A stretch of DNA of 64,000 bases, taken from contig JAZLBW010000039.1 in the NCBI GenBank assembly GCA_045613905.1, positions 20,666 through 84,665 on the forward strand, read 5' to 3'. The position numbers and the translations under genes are program-made. Shown here in pieces: positions 37,113 through 45,982 of this stretch; positions within the stretch are counted from its first letter, which is position 1, and each line of letters opens with the position of its first letter. The notes below the pieces were generated by a model that was not told the origin of the DNA, ran no database searches, and saw nothing but the letters and a program-made list of their open reading frames with translations. The DNA is from Candidatus Caccoplasma sp. Its GTDB lineage: Bacteria; Bacteroidota; Bacteroidia; Bacteroidales; G3-4614.

Positions 37113-37769
37113 ATGTATAAACTTGTTATTTTTGATTTGGACGGTACTCTTTTGAATACCATAGGAGATCTTGCCGAGAGTTGCAATTATGCGCTAAAAA
37201 TGTGTGGATACGAGCCTCACCCTGTTAGCGCATACAACTTTTTTGTAGGTAATGGTATAATGAAACTCTTTGAAAGAGCTTTACCTGAAAATGCGAGAGA
37301 TGCCAAGACTCTCAGGGAGATGAGAGAGTATTTCTTATGGCACTACGAAAGGAACAACAACATAAAGACAAAGCCTTACGATGGCATTATTGAGCTGCTT
37401 GAGAACCTACAGAGGGAGAATTTCAAGTTAGCCGTTGCATCGAACAAATACCAAGAGGCTACCGAAAAGATTGTAAAAGATTATTTTGGAGATTTCGATT
37501 TTATCAAAGTCTTAGGTCAAAGAGATGGTATTCCGATTAAACCAAACCCTCATATTATAAACGAGATATTAGCCACAGCTCAAGTTGATGCAAACGAAAC
37601 CATATATGTTGGAGATTCGGGCGTTGATGCATCTACCGCAAGCAACGTAAAAGGAATTACTTTTATCGGTGCCACATGGGGATTCAGACCTAAAAAGGAG
37701 TTAGAGGAGAATGGCGCTGAAATTTTTGCCAACTCTCCTAAAGATATTTTGGAAATAATCAGAAGTTAG
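37113..37769 (+). CDS. HAD-family hydrolase (phosphoglycolate phosphatase-like)
   Basis: 218 aa. HAD motif I (VIFDLDGTLLNT), motif II (ASNK) and motif IV (GDSGVD). Confidence 0.8.
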   Translation: MYKLVIFDLDGTLLNTIGDLAESCNYALKMCGYEPHPVSAYNFFVGNGIMKLFERALPENARDAKTLREMREYFLWHYERNNNIKTKPYDGIIELLENLQRENFKLAVASNKYQEATEKIVKDYFGDFDFIKVLGQRDGIPIKPNPHIINEILATAQVDANETIYVGDSGVDASTASNVKGITFIGATWGFRPKKELEENGAEIFANSPKDILEIIRS

Positions 37770-37892
37770 CGAACAAACATAGGCTTGTTATATCTTTTTT
37801 TTCTGAAAAAAATTACGTTTTTAATATAAATATTGTAACTTAGCGAACAGATAAATATAAAAGTATTAGGTATTGATTTATTTTTACGCACT

Positions 37893-38438
37893 ATGTTATT
37901 TGAGAAGACCAATATTGATGGGGTTTTTGTAATAACTCCAAACATTATTGGCGATAATAGAGGTTACTTTGTTGAACGATACCGCAAGGATTTGTTTGAC
38001 AGAGAGGTTGGGGCTGTTAACTTCATCCAAGACAACCAATCTTTATCGTCAAAAGGAGTATTAAGGGGTCTGCACTACCAAAAAGGGGAGTTCTCTCAAG
38101 CTAAAATGGTTTGGGTTTTATCCGGTAAAGTCATTGACGTTGCCGTAGATTTAAGAAAAGAGTCGCCCACTTTTGGCAAGCATGTTATGGTGGAGCTATC
38201 GGATGAGAACAAAAAAATGCTCTTTATCCCCCGAGGCTTTGCACATGGCTTTTTGGTTCTCTCGGAGCAAGCAACTTTTGCTTACAAAGTAGATAATGTT
38301 TATGCTCCATCTGAAGAGGTTTCTATTTCTTACGATGATAAAGATATAGACATTAAATGGCCAATTGAAGGGATAGAGATTAAACTCTCAGAAAAAGACA
38401 AAAACGGCATTAAATTTATTGACGCTGAATATTTTTAA
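37893..38438 (+). CDS. rfbC: dTDP-4-dehydrorhamnose 3,5-epimerase
   Basis: 181 aa. DNRGYFVE, VLRGLHYQ and FIPRGFAHGF motifs. No rfbA, rfbB or rfbD next to it. Confidence 0.92.
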   Translation: MLFEKTNIDGVFVITPNIIGDNRGYFVERYRKDLFDREVGAVNFIQDNQSLSSKGVLRGLHYQKGEFSQAKMVWVLSGKVIDVAVDLRKESPTFGKHVMVELSDENKKMLFIPRGFAHGFLVLSEQATFAYKVDNVYAPSEEVSISYDDKDIDIKWPIEGIEIKLSEKDKNGIKFIDAEYF

Positions 38439-38443
38439 CGATT

Positions 38444-39274
38444 ATGAAAAAATTTTTTTCTTTGATAATCTTAGTACTTTCAAGTATTAGTTTATCAGCC
38501 CAAAGCTATGAGGATGCCATAGCCGCGTTCAACAACAAAGATTACAAAACTGCTTTTGCCATTGCAGAGAAATTGACAGATTGTCCAAAAGCAAAAATAG
38601 TTCTTGGCAACATCTATATTGATGGCTTGGGCATGGCTCATGCCGACTTTTCTAAAGCATTGGCTTGTTACACCGAAGCCGCAGAGGCAAATAATGCGGA
38701 AGCTCAATACATAATAGGTTCTCTTTACTATTCGGGCAGAGGTGTTCACCAAAGTTATGCAGAAGCCGCTAAATGGTTTGAAAAATCTGCTCTTAACGGA
38801 TATGTAAAAGCTCAATCTGATTTAGGAGAGATGAATTATAGAGGGAAAGGAATTCCTCGCGATTATACAAAAGCGGTCAAATGGTTCGAAATGGCTGTTG
38901 AACAAGATGATGCAAAGGCTATGTTCTTTTTAGGGGGTATGTATAACAGCAAAAACCAAGGTGTTCAGACCAACACTTTAAAAACTGCTGAACTTTGGAG
39001 AAAATCGGCGGCTCTCGGATACCCTAACGCGGAGTTCTACTTGGGTCAAATGTATTTGATTGGAAGAGGTGGTATAACTCAAAATGCAGATTCTGCCATG
39101 ATATGGATTAACAAAGCCGCTAACAATGATTGTGTTGATGCTCAATTCTTCTTGGGAGAAAAAGCTTATGCCGCAGGAGATATGGAATCAGCAAAAGAGT
39201 GGTATGGCAAGGCCGCAGAGAAAGGACTTAAAAAGGCTCAAGATAAACTTGACGCAATCTCTTCAGGCATGTAA
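38444..39274 (+). CDS. Secreted Sel1-repeat (TPR-like) protein
   Basis: 276 aa. Signal peptide and about 6 Sel1-like repeats (e.g. AEAQYIIGSLYYSGRGVHQSYAEAAKWFEKSA). Confidence 0.85.
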   Translation: MKKFFSLIILVLSSISLSAQSYEDAIAAFNNKDYKTAFAIAEKLTDCPKAKIVLGNIYIDGLGMAHADFSKALACYTEAAEANNAEAQYIIGSLYYSGRGVHQSYAEAAKWFEKSALNGYVKAQSDLGEMNYRGKGIPRDYTKAVKWFEMAVEQDDAKAMFFLGGMYNSKNQGVQTNTLKTAELWRKSAALGYPNAEFYLGQMYLIGRGGITQNADSAMIWINKAANNDCVDAQFFLGEKAYAAGDMESAKEWYGKAAEKGLKKAQDKLDAISSGM

Positions 39275-39305
39275 TAAATAACGAAAAAGTTTTGGGAAGA
39301 AAGAT

Positions 39306-39341
39306 AAAAAAAAGTCTCAAGCAAGCCTGAGACTTTTTTTT
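39306..39341. terminator. Bidirectional rho-independent terminator
   Basis: aaaaaaaAGTCTCAagcaagccTGAGACTtttttttt between convergent genes. Confidence 0.75.
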
Positions 39342-39353
39342 GTAGTAAGTGTT

Positions 39354-39839
39354 TTAATTCACTTCTGTTGAGGATGGATAGACTTTGTAGGTTTTGTCTT
39401 CCATACTATTTATGTATTTATTGAATTCTGAGAGTGTTTCAAACTCCTCAACTTTGTCCAATCTTTGAGGATAGCTATCACCGTCCGATATACCCATTTT
39501 GATGTGAATTGTTGCAGGGAAATCGCTTTCGGTGTAAACTACATCTTCGGGCTGCATAACTGTTGCCTTCATTCGTGGAATAAAGCCCCATGGCAAATGA
39601 TTGAATATTGTATCCCATTGACCAAACTTAGAGTAGTCATAACGTCGCTCTATTGTAAGTGGGTCTAAATAGGTTATCTCAACATGCAACCCTTTTAGTG
39701 ATGTTGGCTCTTCAACCATATCAAATGCATACCAGATATCTTTCCACTTATACATGGAAGAAGAGTCGTTTGGGTCGCCACATGATGTTACGACACTCAA
39801 TCCTACCACCAAAGTTATCAATATCAGTATTTTCTTCAT
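39354..39839 (-). CDS. Hypothetical lipoprotein
   Basis: 161 aa. Lipoprotein signal (LILITLVVGLSVVTSCGD). No recognisable family. Confidence 0.5.
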   Translation of the reverse strand: MKKILILITLVVGLSVVTSCGDPNDSSSMYKWKDIWYAFDMVEEPTSLKGLHVEITYLDPLTIERRYDYSKFGQWDTIFNHLPWGFIPRMKATVMQPEDVVYTESDFPATIHIKMGISDGDSYPQRLDKVEEFETLSEFNKYINSMEDKTYKVYPSSTEVN

Positions 39840-39845
39840 ACTCTA

Positions 39846-40493
39846 TTAGAAAATGTACGCAGCAGATACTTGCCAACGCTTAGATTTTGATGAGAATTCT
39901 ATTCCTGTATCTCCATATACATATTTGTATGTATAATCAACAGGGAATATGTAGTTGAAACCAATATTCAAGTGGTCGAACAATATTATTCCTGCTCCAA
40001 GACCTATACCCATTGACAAAGGTTTTGTCTCGTTTCTCAACAATAGAGGATCGCTTCCTTCCAATTCCAAGGATTGTTTTATATGGTTTTCAATAGCGTC
40101 CCCTTTATTTAAGTTAAAAGCGAAATCAGGACCTCCTGCAACATATACTCCAAAAACTTTAGCAATAGATATCTCCCATCTCAAGTTTATGGGAATCTCT
40201 ATTATGTGACGATCATCCTCAACCGATCCTTTCAGGTCGCTATATTCAACTTTATCAAGAGCATACATTAATGCTGCATCAACATTAAATCCCAATGGAA
40301 GATCTACGTTTGCCATAGGTCCAACAAAGAAACCTGCTCTGTTTTTAGATGTGAAGTTTTCGGCAAAATCGCCTTTGAACGATAAATCAGAAAGAGTCAA
40401 ACCTCCTTTTACTCCAAATGAAAAATTTTTTGCTGTCACTTGGAATATGGCCACTGATAGCACAAACAATATTAACAATGATTTTCTTTTCAT
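39846..40493 (-). CDS. Small outer-membrane beta-barrel (porin-family) protein
   Basis: 215 aa. Signal peptide, alternating amphipathic strands and a C-terminal aromatic residue (…VSAAYIF). Confidence 0.7.
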   Translation of the reverse strand: MKRKSLLILFVLSVAIFQVTAKNFSFGVKGGLTLSDLSFKGDFAENFTSKNRAGFFVGPMANVDLPLGFNVDAALMYALDKVEYSDLKGSVEDDRHIIEIPINLRWEISIAKVFGVYVAGGPDFAFNLNKGDAIENHIKQSLELEGSDPLLLRNETKPLSMGIGLGAGIILFDHLNIGFNYIFPVDYTYKYVYGDTGIEFSSKSKRWQVSAAYIF

Positions 40494-40562
40494 ATTTCTT
40501 TTGTTTTTTTAGATTTAAGTGCAAAGATACACGTTTTTTTTGGATATGATACTACAGAAACA

Positions 40563-40595
40563 ACAAAAAGGTTGCTTATACAAGCAACCTTTTTG
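40563..40595. terminator. Rho-independent terminator downstream of the tRNA
   Basis: AAGGTTGCTTatacAAGCAACCTT: a perfect 10-bp stem flanked by an A-run and a T-run. Confidence 0.7.
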
Positions 40596-40599
40596 TTTT

Positions 40600-40673
40600 G
40601 TAGCGGGAACGAGAATTGAACTCGTGACCTCCGGGTTATGAATCCGACGCTCTAACCAACTGAGCTATCCCGC
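40600..40673 (-). tRNA. tRNA with anticodon CAT (elongator Met or lysidine-modified Ile2; not resolvable by eye)
   Basis: The minus strand reads GGCGGGA TA GCTC AGTTGGTTA GAGC G TCGGA TTCATAA CCCGG AGGTC ACGAG TTCAATT CTCGT TCCCGCT A. It forms a full cloverleaf of 74 nt with no encoded CCA. The C11-G24 pair argues against an initiator. Confidence 0.9.
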
Positions 40674-40690
40674 CATCCTTTTTGCGGTTG

Positions 40691-40698
40691 CAAAGGTA
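40691..40698 (-). promoter_or_regulatory. Candidate -7 box (TACCTTTG) for the tRNA gene
   Basis: The minus strand reads TACCTTTG ending 17 nt upstream of the mature tRNA 5' end. A CTTG lies 20 nt further upstream. Confidence 0.45.
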
Positions 40699-40750
40699 AT
40701 TATTATTTTCTTCTTATGCAAGAAATGTTTAAAAAACTTTTAAAAAATAT

Positions 40751-40782
40751 GCTATCCTCTCTTTTTTAGCCGAGAGAATAGC
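40751..40782 (-). terminator. Rho-independent terminator after the OMP gene at 40811
   Basis: The minus strand reads GCTATTCTCTCggctaaaaaaGAGAGGATAGC (one G-U pair) followed by atatttttt. Confidence 0.6.
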
Positions 40783-40810
40783 ACATTTTGTCTTATATTA
40801 AAGCCTTTTA

Positions 40811-41440
40811 TTAGAAAGAGAGTCCCAATCTAAAGCCCGAATTATTGATTCCTTTTACATTGTAAATCAAGACATCCGATTTATTTGTCGCATAGCTGTA
40901 GTAGAGAGCCATATGCAATCCAACCTTTTGACTTGATGTAAAATATATTGTCGTTCCAACCTCGGGACAAAGATAAAAACCCCAACTCTTGTCGCTACTT
41001 GAAAATGAATTGTAATACGATGAGAGTTTTGAATATTCTGTTCCTAACTTAAGAGCAACATATGGTTTAACTATTGCATCGGGCAAAAAACGGTAACGAG
41101 CAGAGACTCCGAATGGCAATTGAAATATGGAATGTTGCTGATCTGTTGTAAGAGCAGATGTTTCGGTAAGCATCATTGTTTGGCGCTCGATATACTCATT
41201 ATTGGTGCTATATGTCATAAACATTCCCAATCCGATGTTATCGGTTATATAATAACCTCCTTCAAACGACATTCCCCAACCCGAAGCTTTATCGGCAAAG
41301 CCTGTTTTTATAGGTATATTAAATTGCCAATCAACATTGACATAACCACTATTGGTTACTTGAGAATTTGCTTTGTTCGGAAATAAAATTACAATCAAGA
41401 ATAATACTGCCGACACTATCGATTTATTGAAAGTTTTCAT
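40811..41440 (-). CDS. Small outer-membrane beta-barrel protein (OmpA/OmpW-like barrel)
   Basis: The start at M19 of the ORF-track protein (MKTFNKSIVSAVLFLIVILFPNKANSQ) gives a clean signal peptide and removes the overlap with the upstream gene. Beta-strand pattern with a terminal F. Confidence 0.65.
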   Translation of the reverse strand: MKTFNKSIVSAVLFLIVILFPNKANSQVTNSGYVNVDWQFNIPIKTGFADKASGWGMSFEGGYYITDNIGLGMFMTYSTNNEYIERQTMMLTETSALTTDQQHSIFQLPFGVSARYRFLPDAIVKPYVALKLGTEYSKLSSYYNSFSSSDKSWGFYLCPEVGTTIYFTSSQKVGLHMALYYSYATNKSDVLIYNVKGINNSGFRLGLSF

Positions 41441-41462
41441 AATAGTCGTGATTTTTCTGTTA

Positions 41463-42095
41463 TTACTGCTTTTTAATATAAGGCGATTGAACAAACGCCT
41501 GATTTACACCTTTTTTTGCATTGGCAACATCTGTTCTGGTTGAGCCAGTCATAGTTCCACCAATACACATACTCCACGCTTGTTGAAGTTTTTCGTTTGT
41601 TCTGTCTATCAATATTATTTCTCCCAAAAGAGAACCCACATCATAACGATATGTTACAGAATATGACGGATATGGATAGACAGGAAACCAACCATTCCAA
41701 AAGATAGAACCCCACCACCAATCATACCAATAATAGGGTGAATAGTAATCGGTAAAATAATAGCTGTTTTCAACATAACTTAATTGTATTCCTATATCTG
41801 CCAAAGACTTCTCACTCTCATCTAACTGAATATATCCTCTATCCTTCATATTGTTGGCAAAGGTCTTTATTATTGATTGAGCATTATCATCCGACCAATC
41901 CTCTTTTTTATCAGACAAAATCTTTATGGCATCCGAGATGTAAAAAGTCGAATACTTTGAGAAATCGACAGATTTATCATAATTGGTATAGGTAACAAAC
42001 TCCGAAGAGAGTTCATCGAAGTCGGGATCTTTCTGACAAGAGACTGTCAAAGAGAGCAATACTGTTGCCATTAATAGGGTTGTTAATCTTTTCAT
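41463..42095 (-). CDS. DUF4136-like lipoprotein
   Basis: 210 aa. Lipobox (LLSLTVSCQKD), an aromatic-rich segment (YYSPYYWYDWWWGSIFWNGWFPVYPYP) and a DUF4136-like C-terminal part (GSLLGEIILIDRTNEKL). The family call is from memory. Confidence 0.5.
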   Translation of the reverse strand: MKRLTTLLMATVLLSLTVSCQKDPDFDELSSEFVTYTNYDKSVDFSKYSTFYISDAIKILSDKKEDWSDDNAQSIIKTFANNMKDRGYIQLDESEKSLADIGIQLSYVENSYYFTDYYSPYYWYDWWWGSIFWNGWFPVYPYPSYSVTYRYDVGSLLGEIILIDRTNEKLQQAWSMCIGGTMTGSTRTDVANAKKGVNQAFVQSPYIKKQ

Positions 42096-42155
42096 AATTA
42101 ATTTGTATTTAATTGCATATAAAAAACACTGATATCATTAAATTTGTTTGTCGTA

Positions 42156-42163
42156 CAAAAATA
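42156..42163 (-). promoter_or_regulatory. Candidate -7 box (TATTTTTG) for the lipoprotein/OMP pair
   Basis: The minus strand reads TATTTTTG 60 nt upstream of the ATG at 42095. Confidence 0.35.
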
Positions 42164-42240
42164 ATTATAATATTTCATCACAACTTCCTCTCAAATCAGA
42201 AATAATTGTTTTTATATGTTAATTTATATTTTTCTTAAAG

Positions 42241-42269
42241 TTGCTATTTAATTTTTTTTAGTAAATTTG
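42241..42269 (+). promoter_or_regulatory. Candidate promoter for the S8 peptidase: -33 TTG, 18-nt spacer, -7 TAAATTTG
   Basis: gTTGctatttaattttttttagTAAATTTG, ending 20 nt upstream of the ATG at 42290. Confidence 0.45.
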
Positions 42270-42289
42270 CTTTATATATAAATAAAACC

Positions 42290-45200
42290 ATGAAAAAAAA
42301 TATTTTTATTATCGCAATTCTATTTACAACCACTCTTATTTGTTCAGCACAAGCTAAAATAGAGCCCGAACTTCAACAATTATTGAACAGCAAAGGTGGT
42401 AAAATGATAAGCATAAATATCGTTTCAAAATATCAAACAAGTTCAAGCCTGCTAAAATCTAAAACTTTTTTGGTAAAAGATGCTGAAACGAGGAAAGGTC
42501 TTATCATCAAGGAACTTAAATCTCATTCTGATAAGACTCAGACTGACATCATTGACTTTCTTAAAACAGAAGAAAGTAAAAATTGTGTTGCCAACATAAA
42601 AAGTCACTGGATAGCAAATTCTATTTGTTGTGAAGCGACAAAAGAGGTTATTGAGAAGTTGGCTCAATTTGACAATATTGAAATTATAGGATTGAACAAA
42701 GAGGTTCAGATGATTTGCGAAAGCAACGAATCTTCGATTGAACAATACTCAAATAATTCTAATGCAACTCCACATGTTCTTCAAGTAAATGCCGACGATG
42801 TATGGAATTTAGGATATACAGGTAAAAATGTAGTTGTTGCGGTTTTGGACTCAGGAACAAACTTTGAACACTACGATTTAAGCGACCACCTTTGGATTGG
42901 TTACGCAGACAGTGATGGCGACGGAGAAAAGGATAATATTATATACGGTTGGAACTTTGCCACCAAAGATAAAAATGGCAATAGCAATATAAAAGATGAT
43001 TATGGACATGGCACCCATTGTGCCGGTATTATTTGCGGCGATGGAACTTCGGGAAACGCCACAGGTATTGCCCCTGATGCTTCACTGATGACCGTAAAGA
43101 TTGTCAACAGGACAGGAGGCGGTACTCCGGAGCAAATGATAAGCGGAGTGGAGTTTGCTGTTGAAAACGGGGCTGACATATTAAGCATGTCTTTAGGTTT
43201 TAAAAACAATCAAATTGGCGATGCCGCGAAAGCCGCTCTGCGTAAAACGTTTGAGAATGTTTTGGAGGCAGGTGTAATTGTTTGCGCCGCCGCTGGAAAC
43301 GACGGGAATAGCTACGGAGCGCCAAACAATGTTGACATTCCGGCAAGTTGTCCTCCCCCTTATCTTCACCCCGACCAACAAGCTAACAGCGGAGGTTTAT
43401 CAAGCGTGGTTTGTGTAGGCGCCGTAAACAACAAAGATGAGTACGCGTCTTTCTCATCTCAAGGTCCTTCGACATGGCAAGATTCTGAGTGGGTCGATTA
43501 TCCTTTTGACGACAACAATATTGGTCTTATTCGCCCGGACATTGTTGCTCCCGGAGATTTAATATACTCTCTAAAACATGACAATAACGATAAATACAAA
43601 TTCAACTCAGGAACATCTCAAGCAACACCTTGCGTTGCTGGAGTCATGGCTCTTATGTTAGAAAAAAATCCAAATCTGACTCCTGCCGAAATTTGCGAGA
43701 TTATAGAAACAACTGCTGTCAAACTTTCAGATGAAAAGAACAATCTAACAGGCTCTGGTCGCGTTGATGCTTTAAATGCAGTAAACGAAGTTGAAGACGG
43801 AGAAGAAAAACCATTTATAAAACTTTTGGAATTCTCTCCCACAAAAACTGCCATCAACAATTTGAATATCTCTGCCACAATGAAAAATTATGGCAAAGGG
43901 GAAAATTCTAACACAACCAAAGTTGTTCTTTCAACAAACGATCCATATATTACAATAACAAACAATTCATATTCTCTATCATCATTAAGCGAAGGCGAGG
44001 AAACAGAGGTTGTCTTCCCTGTTGTTATAGATGCAAATACTCCAAACGGACACACCGCATACTTCAGACTTACCACCAAGGATGGAGAGTTTGAATGGAA
44101 TGACGAGTTTACAATTGAAATTAAATCTTCAGCCTTAATCGTTTTCAACTCGAAATCAGTGGAGAGTGTTGAAGCAGGCGAAACCATCACCTTTGATGTA
44201 GAGATGATTAACGCCGGAACTGTAGCAACAAATTTCAAATCAGATGTAACACTATCTTCATCATCGCCTTATATATCTATCATAAAAGGTGATGGAGAGT
44301 TAAATCCCTTGAGCATTGGAGAAAAAGAGTCGGTTAACTTCACCATAAACATTGACGAATCAATTCTAAATAACTCTCTCATAAATTTCGATTTATATGT
44401 AACTCCTAACAACTTTAATGATGTAAACAACTACATATACGAATTTGAAATAGGGAAAGACAGATATGGATACTACGAGGATGGTTTTGACGGATGGACC
44501 ACTTTTGACACCAGCAATGATGGAAGAAACCATCCATGGTGGCACTCATCCCTATACGCAATACACAAAGTAGAGAAAATTGGCTCACTACATTCAGGAA
44601 AAGGGTGCTTGATGAGCGAAACATATTGTCAGGCGTCGTTGATTGAATACGATATTCCTATCGACAACTATCTTGTATCTCCTAAAATTAAGGTCACAGG
44701 AGAGAGCAAGTTCAGTTTTTGGGCAAAATCCCACTCTGGATTTTATTATGGGCAACATTTTGGCGTGGCAATTTCGGAGACAAACAATAACTCGCCAGAG
44801 AGCTTCACAACAATAAAAGATTGGACTATAACATCAATTGAGGATGCCGATTGGGTTAAATATAGTGTTGACCTAAGCGAATATGATGGCAAAGAGATTT
44901 ATGTTGCAATTCGTCACTTCTTCACACCCGAAGAGTGGAGTGCATTAAGCAATGGATATAACCTTTATATTTTGTATGTTGACGATGCTATGTTGGAAAA
45001 TGTAACAGATGTATCGAACAATGTAAAATATGAGAACTACAGCGATTTCTCAATCAACGTTAAATCTGCTCCTATTCAAGCTCCTTCAAACTTAAAAGCT
45101 ACAACCATCGACGAGAAGAGCATTAATATTTCATGGGAAGTTGTTGCCAATGCTCAAAGCTATAATCTATATCGCGATGGCAAGTTGTTGTTAAACGTAA

Positions 45201-45910
45201 AAGGTAGCACTCAATATAAAGATTCAAACCTTAAACCCAACAAAGAGTACTTGTACAGTGTCTCTTCTGTTTACAATGGAGAAGAATCAGCATTATCTGA
45301 GAGTGTTTCTGCAAAAACAGACAAAGCCGATCACAATATAGCGATTAAATCCATATCTCCTGAAGTATTGGAATTGGGAGAAAATGAGTTGGAGATTACC
45401 TTTATAAATGACGGAAAGTATGAACAAGACTCAAGAAGCACAATAACACTTACTTGCTCAAATCCTAACGTCACCATACTTACCAATAATATAAACCTAA
45501 ATGCATTGGACGTAGATGGAGAGGCTACAAAATATTTCAAGGTTATGGTTGGCGATGTTCCTGCAGCCACCACTATAGAATTCAATGCCAATGTAGCTCA
45601 AAAATTTGCTCCATATTATAGTTGGGATTGTCCTTTTGAAATTATGGCAAATGTTCCTACCGGTGTTGAGGATAGCCAATGCGATGATAACGCAACTTCC
45701 GTTTACATAAGCGCCAAAGAACTTTACGTTAATGGAATTGAGGGCAATGGTCGCATAGAATTCTTCGATATTTCAGGCAACTACCTATTTAGCAGATTAT
45801 GCCACGAAGGCTCTGCAATCATTAACATAAACAATTACAAAGAGGGCATATACATTGTCAGAGTAGTTGACAATAATGGTGTTAAAACTCAAAAAATATA
45901 TCTTAAATAA
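42290..45910 (+). CDS. Multidomain S8 (subtilisin-family) serine peptidase with a T9SS C-terminal sorting domain
   Basis: 1206 aa. Signal peptide and a propeptide-like N-domain. Catalytic triad contexts VAVLDSGT (D), HGTHCAGII (H) and GTSQATPCVAG (S). An FN3-like segment (APSNLKATTIDEKSINISWEVVANAQSYNLYRDGK). C-terminal ~80 aa of Por/T9SS CTD type (…GIYIVRVVDNNGVKTQKIYLK). Confidence 0.9.
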   Translation: MKKNIFIIAILFTTTLICSAQAKIEPELQQLLNSKGGKMISINIVSKYQTSSSLLKSKTFLVKDAETRKGLIIKELKSHSDKTQTDIIDFLKTEESKNCVANIKSHWIANSICCEATKEVIEKLAQFDNIEIIGLNKEVQMICESNESSIEQYSNNSNATPHVLQVNADDVWNLGYTGKNVVVAVLDSGTNFEHYDLSDHLWIGYADSDGDGEKDNIIYGWNFATKDKNGNSNIKDDYGHGTHCAGIICGDGTSGNATGIAPDASLMTVKIVNRTGGGTPEQMISGVEFAVENGADILSMSLGFKNNQIGDAAKAALRKTFENVLEAGVIVCAAAGNDGNSYGAPNNVDIPASCPPPYLHPDQQANSGGLSSVVCVGAVNNKDEYASFSSQGPSTWQDSEWVDYPFDDNNIGLIRPDIVAPGDLIYSLKHDNNDKYKFNSGTSQATPCVAGVMALMLEKNPNLTPAEICEIIETTAVKLSDEKNNLTGSGRVDALNAVNEVEDGEEKPFIKLLEFSPTKTAINNLNISATMKNYGKGENSNTTKVVLSTNDPYITITNNSYSLSSLSEGEETEVVFPVVIDANTPNGHTAYFRLTTKDGEFEWNDEFTIEIKSSALIVFNSKSVESVEAGETITFDVEMINAGTVATNFKSDVTLSSSSPYISIIKGDGELNPLSIGEKESVNFTINIDESILNNSLINFDLYVTPNNFNDVNNYIYEFEIGKDRYGYYEDGFDGWTTFDTSNDGRNHPWWHSSLYAIHKVEKIGSLHSGKGCLMSETYCQASLIEYDIPIDNYLVSPKIKVTGESKFSFWAKSHSGFYYGQHFGVAISETNNNSPESFTTIKDWTITSIEDADWVKYSVDLSEYDGKEIYVAIRHFFTPEEWSALSNGYNLYILYVDDAMLENVTDVSNNVKYENYSDFSINVKSAPIQAPSNLKATTIDEKSINISWEVVANAQSYNLYRDGKLLLNVKGSTQYKDSNLKPNKEYLYSVSSVYNGEESALSESVSAKTDKADHNIAIKSISPEVLELGENELEITFINDGKYEQDSRSTITLTCSNPNVTILTNNINLNALDVDGEATKYFKVMVGDVPAATTIEFNANVAQKFAPYYSWDCPFEIMANVPTGVEDSQCDDNATSVYISAKELYVNGIEGNGRIEFFDISGNYLFSRLCHEGSAIININNYKEGIYIVRVVDNNGVKTQKIYLK

Positions 45911-45982
45911 TAATCTGATATAAAAGATTTGCATTAAATATTTATATTTGCAAGAAGAATAATTAACTAATAAATATACGCA

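Noticed and set aside
37764-37853. A 10-bp direct repeat, ttagcgaaca (37765 and 37839), flanking a T-run/A-run palindrome between the HAD and rfbC genes.
   Set aside because: It is short, with only two copies, in AT-rich spacer sequence. This is compatible with chance, and there is no associated mobile gene or structure.
39354-42095. A genomic island integrated at the tRNA gene.
   Set aside because: There is no integrase, I could find no direct repeat of the tRNA 3' end, and no mobility genes are present. Only small envelope genes flank the tRNA.
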